Shown here piece by piece: positions 48,475 to 58,157 of a stretch of 64,000 nucleotides of DNA. Below the pieces are notes generated by a model. It did not search any database and was not told the origin of the DNA. It was given only the letters and a program-made list of their open reading frames with translations. This DNA comes from Desulfurococcaceae archaeon. Its GTDB lineage: Archaea > Thermoproteota > Thermoprotei_A > Sulfolobales > Desulfurococcaceae. Both the position numbers and the translations under genes were made by a program. Position 1 is the stretch's first letter, and each line of letters opens with the position of its first letter. The DNA lies in assembly GCA_038816475.1 (NCBI GenBank), contig JAWBAI010000001.1:64001-128000 (forward strand), read 5' to 3'.

Positions 48475-49284
48475 CTCAAGTCGTTCTACAACTTCAATTA
48501 AGCCACTGCTTTTGGTTGTTATAACAACCTTCCTAATGGTTTGCACACTGATCAATTCCAATGTGTCTACGTGAGGATCCGTGTAAACCTCCTTACCAAG
48601 TATAAATGCAATTGCAAGCCCAACGGGAATATCCACAGTTCTAATTCTACCTGTGATATGTACGAAGTGACCTATTAAACCAAGAGCAGCATAGGCGGCT
48701 TCAAGAGCAGCTGAACCCATTGTTCGCGTTTTTACGCTAGAACTCTTTTCTCTTAACTTATTGATAATAGCACTAACTTGGTGAGCTTTTTCGGCGTAAA
48801 TTGAGATCACATCGTTCCCTCTATTTAGGTTACTTTTAATGGGTACGTTGTTTAAAAGGACAACACCATTGCATACTTCGATCACATCATTAGAGAAAAT
48901 GCTGCGAACAACACCGTAGAAGGGCTCGGTGATCCTTGAGTTTTTCTTGTAGACAGTTATGGATACAGACGCGAATGGTATACCCAGGTAGTAGTTCAAG
49001 CTACCGTCAAGGGGGTCTACGAGAACCACTATGTCTGGTTCTTCGTGAAGTTTCCAAGTTCCACGCTCTTCACTTACAATCCACGCTTTATAGTCGAGTT
49101 TTCTAATTTCGTCAACGATATAGTTCTCAGCTTCAATATCAACTCTTCTCGAAATATCTCCTGTTACATTAGTACCTACAACTTCCGAGTAATAAGGGCT
49201 ACCAGAGATTCTTCTTAGCATGTCAGCTGTTTTTTCAGCGATATTTCTGAAGTCTATACACATCTTGCTCTTCTCCGCATGCAT
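48469..49284 (-). CDS. Inositol monophosphatase/FBPase (SuhB-like) family
   Basis: D..AE, VSEE, VDPLDGSLN and RTMGSAALE motifs. Confidence 0.88.
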   Translation of the reverse strand: MHAEKSKMCIDFRNIAEKTADMLRRISGSPYYSEVVGTNVTGDISRRVDIEAENYIVDEIRKLDYKAWIVSEERGTWKLHEEPDIVVLVDPLDGSLNYYLGIPFASVSITVYKKNSRITEPFYGVVRSIFSNDVIEVCNGVVLLNNVPIKSNLNRGNDVISIYAEKAHQVSAIINKLREKSSSVKTRTMGSAALEAAYAALGLIGHFVHITGRIRTVDIPVGLAIAFILGKEVYTDPHVDTLELISVQTIRKVVITTKSSGLIEVVERLEL

Positions 49285-49344
49285 AGAACGTGGGCACCTT
49301 GTGATTTTTACTGCTTAGTTTAAAGCAATAATGGTGTAAAAGCA

Positions 49345-49845
49345 TTGACTATGGAACCACGACTAATTGTAACCTGCAGAGCTGGAAACGAAGAACTGTG
49401 CATACACGAAGTTTGTAATGTTCTGTTTTCCAAGGATCCCGATGTGAAAGCAGAGAAATCCAGGTACAGTGGTTTGATCTACGTGTATACATCAATTGAT
49501 GTAGATAAAGCCTACAGAATTGCTTCTTTCAGGGAGTACGGTTTCGTTGAGAACATTATCCCCGTACACTGTGTACTTGAATACCCCTTGGATCCATCCG
49601 TGGTTGAAGCCTGTCTAACTAGCATAGTTAAAACAAAGTCGGTTAAACTGAAGGTTAAGTCCAGAGGCGTGCGGGGAGCGAGCTCAGGGCTTTTCGCCTT
49701 GTTTAGTCGCCTGTTGCTTAAGTCTAGGGTAAAACATGATTCCACAGCAAAAACTTGTTTATTCGTTGAACTTCTTGATTCAAAAGTTTATGTTGGATTA
49801 GGTGATTGTCACCCCGTTTTTAAGGCTAGCTTAATGTATGGATGA
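49345..49845 (+). CDS. THUMP-domain RNA-binding protein
   Basis: LIVTCRAGNE..C..E, SGLI, IIPV and VKVKSRG pattern of archaeal THUMP proteins. Confidence 0.7.
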   Translation: MTMEPRLIVTCRAGNEELCIHEVCNVLFSKDPDVKAEKSRYSGLIYVYTSIDVDKAYRIASFREYGFVENIIPVHCVLEYPLDPSVVEACLTSIVKTKSVKLKVKSRGVRGASSGLFALFSRLLLKSRVKHDSTAKTCLFVELLDSKVYVGLGDCHPVFKASLMYG

Positions 49846-51104
49846 GTGAAAGTTTCGGTGTAACAATGATAGTGAACGACACCTGGAGGATCATAGAGGA
49901 GGAGTTGAGTAGACCATCAATATTCAAGAGCAGAGAGAGCCTTATGCCTGAGCATTTACCAGACAAGCTCCCACATAGGGAGAATGAGCTTAGAAGCCTC
50001 GTATCCTACTTCAAACACCTTATAACGAGTCCTGGAAGTATATCACAGAGAGTTCTGATAATAGGGGGAGTAGGAACCGGAAAAACAGCGCTATCGAAGC
50101 TTTTTGGTAAAACATTTACGAGGTTAGCTAGGGAGAAGGGCTACAGTATATCCTATGTTCACGTGAACTGCCACAGGAATAGAACACTGTTCAACATCGT
50201 GTACGATATAGCAAGACAACTCGCTATACCACTACCCCCTAGAGGGTTATCGGCTAAAGAAATGTTCGATGCTGTTTTATCCTACATAGAGGAGTCTGAT
50301 AGCTACGTAATAGTAGCACTGGATGAGTTTCACTACTTCGCAAACGTGTCTGGAAGCGAAGCCGTGTACTTCATTACGAGATCGTATGATGTACACGAAG
50401 GTACTAAAAGACTGAATTTCATATTCATAGCTTCTGATGCATCAAAATTAGCTTTCTTAGACCCTGTTACAGAGGGCTATTTGCTTAGACACGTGATTAA
50501 GCTAGACCCGTACACATCCAGTCAGTTGTTTGACATACTAGACTACCGAGCTAGTATTTCGCTACATGATGGAGCTTACGATAAGGATGTACTAAGGTTT
50601 ATCGCTGACTACGAGGGTGTAGACAAGGGTGGGGGAGGTAATGCTAGACACTCGCTCGAAATACTGCTAATGGCAGGTGACATCGCGGAGAAGGAAGGGA
50701 GGCGAAGAATAGAGCTTGAGCACGTTAGGAAAGCTATTATGAGCTTGTCTAGAGATATTGTGAGTATGAGTGATGCATTAAAATTCAGTACACTGCATGA
50801 ATTGATAGTTCTTCTGAGCATCATTAGACTACTAAGAAGAACAGGTAAGCGAGAGGTTAAAATGGGAGAAGTTGAAGAAGAATACAAAATGGTTTGTGAA
50901 ATGATTGGAGAATTACCGAGAAAACATACACAGCTGTACGAGTACGTGCAGAATCTAGGCAAAGCAGGCATCGTGCAGGTTTCTCCTAGTGGAAAGGGTT
51001 ACCGTGGACGTACAACGCTTATCTCGATACACTACGGTCCACTCGATGTACTAGAGAAGTATGTAGCAGATTTAGTGAGGAAAAGGCGAGAACTTGGCTT
51101 CTAG
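49842..51104 (+). CDS. cdc6: Cdc6/Orc1 replication initiator
   Basis: IFKSRESL.P...P..LPHRE, Walker A GGVGTGKT, VNC, Walker B ALDE, PYT, GNAR; C-terminal wH with GYRGRTT. Confidence 0.95.
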   Translation: MSESFGVTMIVNDTWRIIEEELSRPSIFKSRESLMPEHLPDKLPHRENELRSLVSYFKHLITSPGSISQRVLIIGGVGTGKTALSKLFGKTFTRLAREKGYSISYVHVNCHRNRTLFNIVYDIARQLAIPLPPRGLSAKEMFDAVLSYIEESDSYVIVALDEFHYFANVSGSEAVYFITRSYDVHEGTKRLNFIFIASDASKLAFLDPVTEGYLLRHVIKLDPYTSSQLFDILDYRASISLHDGAYDKDVLRFIADYEGVDKGGGGNARHSLEILLMAGDIAEKEGRRRIELEHVRKAIMSLSRDIVSMSDALKFSTLHELIVLLSIIRLLRRTGKREVKMGEVEEEYKMVCEMIGELPRKHTQLYEYVQNLGKAGIVQVSPSGKGYRGRTTLISIHYGPLDVLEKYVADLVRKRRELGF

Positions 51105-51312
51105 TAGAAAGGTGGACAAGGCTTCGATCATCATAAGGACATTGGAGAAGTATGGTGAGTGTAACTTAAACACTATTAGGAAGGAGACAGGATTGAACTA
51201 CTACTCTCTCGTGAGAATCCTAGAGGAGCTGATCGCCAAGGGAGTAGTTGCGGAGAAGAGAATTGGTAGGTTAAGGCTCTTTAAGCTAGTTGAGAATCAA
51301 CGTAAAGCTTAA
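51094..51312 (+). CDS. Small winged-helix protein (72 aa)
   Basis: IIRTLEKYGECNLNTIRKETGLNYYSLVRILEELIAKGVV.E..IGRLRLF; overlaps the cdc6 stop. Confidence 0.8.
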   Translation: MASSRKVDKASIIIRTLEKYGECNLNTIRKETGLNYYSLVRILEELIAKGVVAEKRIGRLRLFKLVENQRKA

Positions 51313-51526
51313 GGGGGCAGGTTCTCCAGTAATCAACGCACTTCTTCGCTGACGATCTGATCAAGTAGCGATTAATGGCATTACACTTAGCAATGCAAAC
51401 CACCTCGTGTTCTTTCTCGATTCGTACAACCTCGTAGTAGTTGCATTCGCTCACAACGTTGCATGAATCAAGCACGTGAACTGGTAAGTAGACCTCTCTC
51501 GGCTTCGAGGAAGACACTTGATGCAC
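51281..51526 (-). CDS. Small Cys-rich hypothetical protein
   Basis: C..Y...AKC..I.RYL......C..YW..CP pattern suggests metal binding; convergent with the wHTH gene. Confidence 0.6.
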   Translation of the reverse strand: MHQVSSSKPREVYLPVHVLDSCNVVSECNYYEVVRIEKEHEVVCIAKCNAINRYLIRSSAKKCVDYWRTCPLKLYVDSQLA

Positions 51527-51635
51527 CCTACTAGTGCTAGGTCTTTAAGGGATTATTAACCCTTGGAAGTATGAAGTAGAAACGGGCCCGATCTGCGTTT
51601 CGTGATGAGCTCAGGCCACGTGGACTCCCCAAAGT

Positions 51636-51734
51636 GGCCCGGGTAGCTCAGCCTGGTAGAGCGCCGGGCTGTGGACCCCCGAGATGATGGGGGCAGGTAC
51701 CCGGAGGTCCCGGGTTCAAATCCCGGCCCGGGCC
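51636..51734 (+). tRNA. tRNA-His(GUG) with encoded G-1 and 24-nt intron at 37/38 (51675-51698)
   Basis: G-1 + GCCCGGG/CCCGGGC + C73; anticodon arm CCGGG-CT-GTG-G[intron]A-CCCGG; BHB helix CTGT/GCAG; intron stem CCCC/GGGG. Confidence 0.95.
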
Positions 51735-51826
51735 CTTACGCTTAATTCTGCTGGAGACTTTATTGAAACCTCTTTAAACCCCAAATACATTCAACTAATG
51801 ACTGAAAGCTGGAGCTGTAAATCTGG

Positions 51827-52189
51827 GTGCTTACTATGCCTACCGCAAAGCAGGCTTATATAATGAGCGTTTTAGCTAAGAAACACGGAGTTATAGGTTC
51901 AGTTGCTGGTCGCTACGTTGGTGCGGGGTACTCGGTTACGCTGAATCACAACACGAGGTATGGAACAATCGATATCGTAGCACGTAGAGGAAACGAAGTA
52001 CTAGCGGTTAAGGTGTTCAGCAAGAGTGGCAAAATTTCGGTTGAAGATGTAAAAGTACACGTTGAGAAAGCTAAGTTGCTGAAAGCTAAACCCATCGTAG
52101 TGCTTTACGGTAGGGATGTTCAGCTCTCGGAGGAGGCGAAAAAGTTCTGCGACGAAAACTCGGTTAGGGTCAGAAGAGTTATCCCGTAA
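51827..52189 (+). CDS. Small PD-(D/E)XK/Mrr-like restriction-endonuclease-fold protein
   Basis: GYSV...GTIDIVARRGNEVLAVKV...ISVEDV...KPIVV...LSEEAK resembles Mrr_cat; the ExK motif is altered. Confidence 0.65.
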   Translation: MLTMPTAKQAYIMSVLAKKHGVIGSVAGRYVGAGYSVTLNHNTRYGTIDIVARRGNEVLAVKVFSKSGKISVEDVKVHVEKAKLLKAKPIVVLYGRDVQLSEEAKKFCDENSVRVRRVIP

Positions 52190-52247
52190 AACAGTTCCAA
52201 CAACTGCTTGAACACCACGCTCTAAGCAAAATAGAACATTGTGTTGA

Positions 52248-52321
52248 AGCCGCCGCCGGGATTCGAACCCGGGACCTCTGCCTTACCAGGGCAGCGCTCT
52301 ACCAGGCTGAGCTACGGCGGC
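52248..52321 (-). tRNA. tRNA-Thr(GGU)
   Basis: GCCGCCGTAGCTCAGCCTGGTAGAGCGCTGCCCTGGTAAGGCAGAGGTCCCGGGTTCGAATCCCGGCGGCGGCT; no intron. Confidence 0.96.
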
Positions 52322-52365
52322 ATCTAGTTTAACTAAGTTACGAGGGGTTTAAATTACTCATTATA

Positions 52366-54501
52366 CTAGCTCGAGGGCTTGTAACCCATTTCTTCAAGTT
52401 GCTTGAATATCTCCTCAACTACTCTGGGGCCGAATGAAGGTAAACTAAGTAGTTTTCTACGCGGAGTTTTAGCAAGGTCCTCTAAGGTTTTAATGCCTTG
52501 TTCGATGAGAATTCTTGCTCTAACTCTACCAATGTACCTTAGTGATGCTAGTTCAAGCGCGTCTGGTTTAACTCCCTTATCTAACCTCTGTGAGAGCTTT
52601 AGTAATTCTCTATGGTATACAACGTCTCCGAGGATCCCCGAGATCTTAGCTAGAGAGCTGGCGATCCAGCTAGCAGTATCCTTAATGTTGTACAGGTCTC
52701 CGGGTCCTATGCTGTACTTCTCGTAAATTTCATCTTCTCTCTTCTCCAATATCCAGTCGCTCAGTGCTAGAGCTATCACAAAGCTCTTTATCCACTCCTT
52801 GTAACCATAGTTATGTATTTCCATTGGTGGTACTAGATCGCTTTCGTGATACGCTTCAGCTAGGTCCTCGTACGCGTGAATAATCCTGCTTGGAATGTAT
52901 GGGCTACTTCTGGCGAAATCCGGCGTTAGAGCGATCAGGTGCAGTACGTAGAGATCACTGTAGTTCTTAGGCTTGTAGCTCAAGAACATGCTAACAGATA
53001 TGGGGTCTAAGTAGCTATACGAAGTCACTTTACCAAGTCTCGTAACGATTAACCGAGAACCCCTTCTAGTTATCATTCTAAGCTGTTCTAGAACATCAAT
53101 TGTCGAGCTTATTAAACTGGCTATGTCAAGGTTCGAGCTTCTCGAGGAAAAGGTTTCTTTAAGTAATTCTACGAGCTCATCTAGTGTTTCCGCGTCGGAG
53201 GAAGCTAGCAGGGATAGTACATGTATTCTCGTATTCCTTTCGTCTTCGAAGAACTTGCCTCTAACAGGTTCCGGATGCGAGGTTATGTACTTTAATCCCT
53301 CGCTTAGTGAGTCAGCATCAATTATTATGGATTCGCCAAGCTCGTCAAACTGTGGTCTTCCAGCTCTACCGCTCATCTGCTTGTACTCAGCTACGCTAAC
53401 ACCAACTTTTCTACCCTCAACAGGATCGTATCTCTTAATAGACACTAGAACTCTTCTTGCTGGTAGATTTACACCGGCTGCTAGAGTAGGTGTTGCATAA
53501 ACAACTTTCAAAAGTCTCCTCCTGAAGGCTTCCTCCACGACTTTCCGAGCTACGTACGATAAACCTGCGTGGTGAAAACCCACCCCCCTCTCCATGGATT
53601 CTCTGAGTACCTCCTTTTCAAGGTGCGTGGGAGCCTCTTCGAGCTCGCTTAGTAGCATTTCAAGTTCTCTGCTTCCCGATGCTCTAAGCTCCTTTGATAG
53701 CATCATTGATAATTCTTCTACGCGTTTTCTATTGTGAACGAATACGAGGGTTTGATAGTTGTGCTTAATGTTGTGTAGTGCTAAGTCTATAGCTGGATCC
53801 TCCTCGAAGACTTCAACCTTCTCTACTCTGCCATCAACAAACTTTACAGCTTCATCTTTATCAACGAATACCCCCTCGACTAGCTTGACAGGTCTCCAGC
53901 TAGACAGTACCAGTGTACTGTTCAACCAAGTTGCCAGCTCCTCGGGGTTTCCCACCGAAGCCGAAAGCCCAATTATTCTAACCTTCGATCTCCTAGCACG
54001 CGCTACTATCATCTCGATGACGGGCCCTCGCTCAGGATCGTTGATGTTGTGGAACTCGTCTATTACAATGATGGACAGTTTTGAGAGCCATGAAGGCTTT
54101 AATCTGAGTAGGCTGTCGAACCTCTCGTACGTTGAAACAACGATGTCGGCATCTCTCAGGTATTCGGCTGGTTGATCGTAATCACCTGTCGAGATCTCAA
54201 CCTTGACGCCCGTTATCTCCTCAAGGTTTTTAAACTCGCTGTATTTTTCGTTTGCAAGTGCCTTGAGTGGTGAAAGGTAAACTCCCATTCCTTTGTTTAA
54301 AGCGTATTTTAAGAGTGCAAGCTCTGCTATAAGTGTTTTTCCGCTGGCTGTAGGCGCAACGATAACCATGTTTTTATCCTCCAGTAATCCATGGCGGAGG
54401 GCTTCTACCTGTACTGGATTAAGTCTTACTATACCTCTCTGCTTGAGGTACTCAATGTATTTGCTCGGGTAGCCGTGCTGAGATAGCACTTCAATATCCA
54501 T
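52366..54501 (-). CDS. hel308: Hel308/Hjm Ski2-like DNA helicase
   Basis: APTASGKT, PLKALANEK, DEFH, FHHAGL, ATPTLAAGVNLPARRV, QMSGRAGRP; C-terminal HhH with IGRVRAR. Confidence 0.93.
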   Translation of the reverse strand: MDIEVLSQHGYPSKYIEYLKQRGIVRLNPVQVEALRHGLLEDKNMVIVAPTASGKTLIAELALLKYALNKGMGVYLSPLKALANEKYSEFKNLEEITGVKVEISTGDYDQPAEYLRDADIVVSTYERFDSLLRLKPSWLSKLSIIVIDEFHNINDPERGPVIEMIVARARRSKVRIIGLSASVGNPEELATWLNSTLVLSSWRPVKLVEGVFVDKDEAVKFVDGRVEKVEVFEEDPAIDLALHNIKHNYQTLVFVHNRKRVEELSMMLSKELRASGSRELEMLLSELEEAPTHLEKEVLRESMERGVGFHHAGLSYVARKVVEEAFRRRLLKVVYATPTLAAGVNLPARRVLVSIKRYDPVEGRKVGVSVAEYKQMSGRAGRPQFDELGESIIIDADSLSEGLKYITSHPEPVRGKFFEDERNTRIHVLSLLASSDAETLDELVELLKETFSSRSSNLDIASLISSTIDVLEQLRMITRRGSRLIVTRLGKVTSYSYLDPISVSMFLSYKPKNYSDLYVLHLIALTPDFARSSPYIPSRIIHAYEDLAEAYHESDLVPPMEIHNYGYKEWIKSFVIALALSDWILEKREDEIYEKYSIGPGDLYNIKDTASWIASSLAKISGILGDVVYHRELLKLSQRLDKGVKPDALELASLRYIGRVRARILIEQGIKTLEDLAKTPRRKLLSLPSFGPRVVEEIFKQLEEMGYKPSS

Positions 54502-54582
54502 ACTGATACACGCGTCTTGGATATTTATCGAGCGTTGGGTATTAAATAACGATACTCATAATGATACTTAGAGCAGACAGGG

Positions 54583-56550
54583 TTGATCATGTCGGCTAAG
54601 ATCTTTCATAAGCTAATGAGCGTTGATGACGCAATTAGAGAAGTCTTGGCAAAGCTTAAGCCCTCACCTAGAGGGGTGGAGATAGTTAAACTCGAGGACG
54701 CTGTTTACAGAGTCCTCGCTGCAGACATATACGCTCCTCTTGATTACCCACCCTTTGATAGATCCGAGGTTGATGGTTATGCTGTGTTAAGTCACGCTGT
54801 GTCAAAAGCAACAGAGCTGAATCCCGTAGAGCTAAAGGTTGCTGGTAAGGTATCTCCGGGCGAATACCCGGAGAATCTGTTCTGCGATGAGAAATCAGCT
54901 GTTCAGGTATCAACAGGTTCAGCTGTACCTGCGAACTGCGATGCAGTGATCATGGAGGAGTACACAGAGAGAAGGGAGGATACCGTAAGAATCTACAGGT
55001 CTGTTGCACCGGGCGAAGGAGTATCCACAACAGGGAGCGATGTTTCAGCAGGAGACCTTGTGCTACCACATGGAGTACTCATTAAACACAAGGAGATAGC
55101 AGTACTGGCTGGGTTGGGCTTCCATGAAATACCCGTTAACGTTAAACCACGCATCGCTGTGTACTCAACGGGAGCAGAGGTAGTTGAGCCTGGAAAGCAT
55201 CTTGCACTTGGTGAAGTCTACGATGTGAATGGCTACTTGATCACCACATTCCTGCGAGAGCTGGGCGCGAACGCAGAGTACAAGGGGATTCTACCGGATG
55301 ACTACACTGTTATTAAGAACACAATTGAAAGAGACCTGGATTACTACGATGTCATTGTAACTAGTGGTGGCACAAGTGCTGGTGTAGCAGATACTGTGTA
55401 CAGAGTGTTCGAATCGCTAGGGGATGTAATAGTTCATGGACTGAAAGCTAAACCCGGTAAACCAACGGTTATAGCTATATCGGGCAAAAAGCTCTTAATG
55501 GGCTTACCCGGGTTTCCACTGTCAGCCTACATGATCTTGGTAAGAGTAGTAAAGCCCATAATATCTGCTCTAACAGGCTTAAGATACTACGAGAAACCCT
55601 TATTTGTGAGATTCCCCTTTAAACTCAGGAAGAACATTGGAATAACATGGCTTTTACCATCAATAATTCTTAGCTCTAATGGTAGCTACGTAGCGTATCC
55701 CGCATCGTTCAGTAGTGGTAGTATATATGCGATAACGTATAGTGATGGTTTTGTCGAGTTAAGCGAAGAGAAGGAGGTTGTTGAAGGAGATGAACTAGTA
55801 CCCTTTTACTCATTCATGGAGCTTGCTGATGTCGATAAACTGGTGATCATCGGAAGCAACGATCCATTACTAGAGTTCATCCTGAAGAAAACAGGACTTG
55901 TGTATGCTAGTAAAGTGCTCAATGTGGGTAGTATGGGTGGATGGAGAGCTATTGAACGGGGAGAAGCGGATATAGCACCCACGCATTTACTTGACCCGGA
56001 TACAGGTAAGTACAATACGCCGTTCTTGAGTAAGTTCAAGCTTGAGAATAAAGCAGTGGTCGTGAGAGGCTACAGCAGGTTAATAGGGTTCATTGTGGCA
56101 AAAGGGAACCCCAAGAACATTAAAAGCTTTGAATGCTTTTTCAGAAGTGATGTTAAGATAGTAAACAGAAACAAGGGGTCGGGCATTAGAACATTAATAG
56201 ACACGAACCTTGTTAGGATTGCACGTGAAAAGGGGTTAAACCCCGATAGCATACCCAGACTTATCAAGGGTTATACGTACGAGGTGAAAACACACACGGC
56301 TGTTGGATATGCTGTTAAAACCGGTAAAGCTGATGTAGGAGTTGCTGTAGGATATGTATCAGAAATGTACGATCTTGATTTCATACCGGTGGGATGGGAG
56401 GAGTACGATTTCGTTGTGTTAAAGAGTAGGCTTAGGAAACCCCTTGTCGAGGATTTCGTAAAGTTCTTACGTAGTGGTATTTCCGTCGACGATTTCAAGT
56501 ACGCCAAGTACTACAGGATACCAGAAAACGCAGGTACAATAATTGCTTAG
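54583..56550 (+). CDS. moeA: Molybdopterin molybdenum/tungsten transferase MoeA fused to PBP (LysR-type substrate-binding) domain
   Basis: PPFDRSEVDGYAV, STG.E, TSGGTSAG, KPGKP, GLPGFP; C-terminal GSND...GSMGG...NRNKGSG.R PBP domain. Confidence 0.92.
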   Translation: MIMSAKIFHKLMSVDDAIREVLAKLKPSPRGVEIVKLEDAVYRVLAADIYAPLDYPPFDRSEVDGYAVLSHAVSKATELNPVELKVAGKVSPGEYPENLFCDEKSAVQVSTGSAVPANCDAVIMEEYTERREDTVRIYRSVAPGEGVSTTGSDVSAGDLVLPHGVLIKHKEIAVLAGLGFHEIPVNVKPRIAVYSTGAEVVEPGKHLALGEVYDVNGYLITTFLRELGANAEYKGILPDDYTVIKNTIERDLDYYDVIVTSGGTSAGVADTVYRVFESLGDVIVHGLKAKPGKPTVIAISGKKLLMGLPGFPLSAYMILVRVVKPIISALTGLRYYEKPLFVRFPFKLRKNIGITWLLPSIILSSNGSYVAYPASFSSGSIYAITYSDGFVELSEEKEVVEGDELVPFYSFMELADVDKLVIIGSNDPLLEFILKKTGLVYASKVLNVGSMGGWRAIERGEADIAPTHLLDPDTGKYNTPFLSKFKLENKAVVVRGYSRLIGFIVAKGNPKNIKSFECFFRSDVKIVNRNKGSGIRTLIDTNLVRIAREKGLNPDSIPRLIKGYTYEVKTHTAVGYAVKTGKADVGVAVGYVSEMYDLDFIPVGWEEYDFVVLKSRLRKPLVEDFVKFLRSGISVDDFKYAKYYRIPENAGTIIA

Positions 56551-56598
56551 CCTTGGGCATTTTTACACGACCAGGTACTCAATTTTAATCGGTGAGGT

Positions 56599-57417
56599 GT
56601 GTTGAACGAGCTTGTCGTTGGCATCGTTCAAGCAGAGTTCGGTGTTAATCCTGCAGACAACGCGGATAAGGTTCACCAGTATGTAAGAAAAGGCTACAAG
56701 GAAGCCGACATAATAGTGCTACCCGAGTACAGTATGTTCAATCCTCTGCTCCTCAGAGACCCCAGTAGCGTTTACGAGCGATCTGAGAGACTAGTTGAAA
56801 GCAAATACCTGATCAGTCTTTCCAAGCTAGCTGAAAGCCTCGGAGCAGGTGTAGTTGCTCATTTCATCGAAAAAACCGAAACACCACCACTCTCCAGGAG
56901 TACAACGGTGCTCATTACCGGTAGAGGAGAGGTTGTACCAGTCTACAGTAAAATGCACTTATTCGACGCCTACGGTTACAGGGAATCAAGCTTCTTCGAG
57001 CCCGGTAAAGCCCCGGGAAAAATAGTGATGGTTGAAAACACCGAGGTAGCTTTTGTCATATGCTATGATTTGAGGTTTCCGGAACTCTTCAGAACATACG
57101 CTCAGCTGGGTGCAAAGGTAATAATTGTTCAAGCAGGATGGGTAAAAGGACCACTGAAAGAAGAGGTTCTCGATATGCTGGCGGCAGCAAGAGCTCACGA
57201 GAACACAGTTTACGTTGTTGTAGCTAATCAAACCGGAGAAATGTTCACCGGAAGAAGCGGAGTGTTCAACCCGTGGGGTTACAAGGAGTTAGACCTTGGA
57301 TTCGAGGAGAAGTATGTTGAGTACACACTGTTCATTGATGAAGTTGTAAAGGCTAGAACGTTCATCCCGGTTCTAGCGCAGTCATCTAGCAGATGGGAAA
57401 TAAGAGTTAAAACTTAG
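56599..57417 (+). CDS. Carbon-nitrogen hydrolase (nitrilase superfamily, Nit-like)
   Basis: Catalytic triad motifs LPEY, YSKMHLFD and ICYDLRFPE; ARAHEN. Confidence 0.92.
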   Translation: MLNELVVGIVQAEFGVNPADNADKVHQYVRKGYKEADIIVLPEYSMFNPLLLRDPSSVYERSERLVESKYLISLSKLAESLGAGVVAHFIEKTETPPLSRSTTVLITGRGEVVPVYSKMHLFDAYGYRESSFFEPGKAPGKIVMVENTEVAFVICYDLRFPELFRTYAQLGAKVIIVQAGWVKGPLKEEVLDMLAAARAHENTVYVVVANQTGEMFTGRSGVFNPWGYKELDLGFEEKYVEYTLFIDEVVKARTFIPVLAQSSSRWEIRVKT

Positions 57418-57460
57418 CTCTAAACCCAGCTTGTAAAGCTCTCGTGAAGCTTAGGCGACT

Positions 57461-58132
57461 TTACTCAACCAAGTGCTCAAGAACATCTGGAAGCTCAAGT
57501 AAACTCTTCACGGTTATGTGCCACTTATACCCTAGTGCTCTGTCAACGAGCAGGGTTTTAGCACCAAGTTTACTTGCAGGTATTAAGTCGTACTCAGGGT
57601 AAGCTGACACGTGTACAACGTTCTCGGGATTTATAGCAAGCACCTCGTAAGCCTTTGTGAAGGCTTCCAGCTTCGGTTTATAGGTTTTCAAATCTTCAGC
57701 CGTTATAACGTAGTCGAAGAGCTCTCGAATACCCGCTAGCGTAATATCGGCAAGATCCCTGTCCGTGTTTGAAAGTATGCATGTCCCGTAGGATAACCTC
57801 CTAATTAGCCTTAAACCGTATATCACATCTGGAAAAGGTGGAGACTTAGCAAAGGTAATTATAAACGACTTAACCAGGTCTTCGCTTAGAACAACGTTGT
57901 ACTTTTCAGCAGTAGTGATAAGGCATTCTTTAAGTATCTGCTTGTAAGGTTGGTACCTCCTGGATACCAGCTCTATATCGCATTTAAAGAACTCTTCTAC
58001 AGCTTCATGTGATATGTAGAACTCTATAAACCTCGAAATAGAGTGTCTCCAGTCAACGAGTGTACCGTAGAGATCAAATACAACAACAACCTTCTTTCTT
58101 TCTTCATTACACAGTTGGCACTTAGATGACAT
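57461..58132 (-). CDS. HAD-superfamily hydrolase (haloacid dehalogenase type II-like)
   Basis: FDLYGTLVDW, LSNTD, YKP and HVSA...D motifs. Confidence 0.88.
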   Translation of the reverse strand: MSSKCQLCNEERKKVVVVFDLYGTLVDWRHSISRFIEFYISHEAVEEFFKCDIELVSRRYQPYKQILKECLITTAEKYNVVLSEDLVKSFIITFAKSPPFPDVIYGLRLIRRLSYGTCILSNTDRDLADITLAGIRELFDYVITAEDLKTYKPKLEAFTKAYEVLAINPENVVHVSAYPEYDLIPASKLGAKTLLVDRALGYKWHITVKSLLELPDVLEHLVE

Positions 58133-58157
58133 GGAGTAGCACCCTGCACTATAAGTA

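Noticed and set aside
51735-52247. Possible integrated element between tRNA-His and tRNA-Thr, or after tRNA-Leu
   Set aside because: No integrase, no duplicated tRNA 3' end (att site) and no obvious compositional shift.
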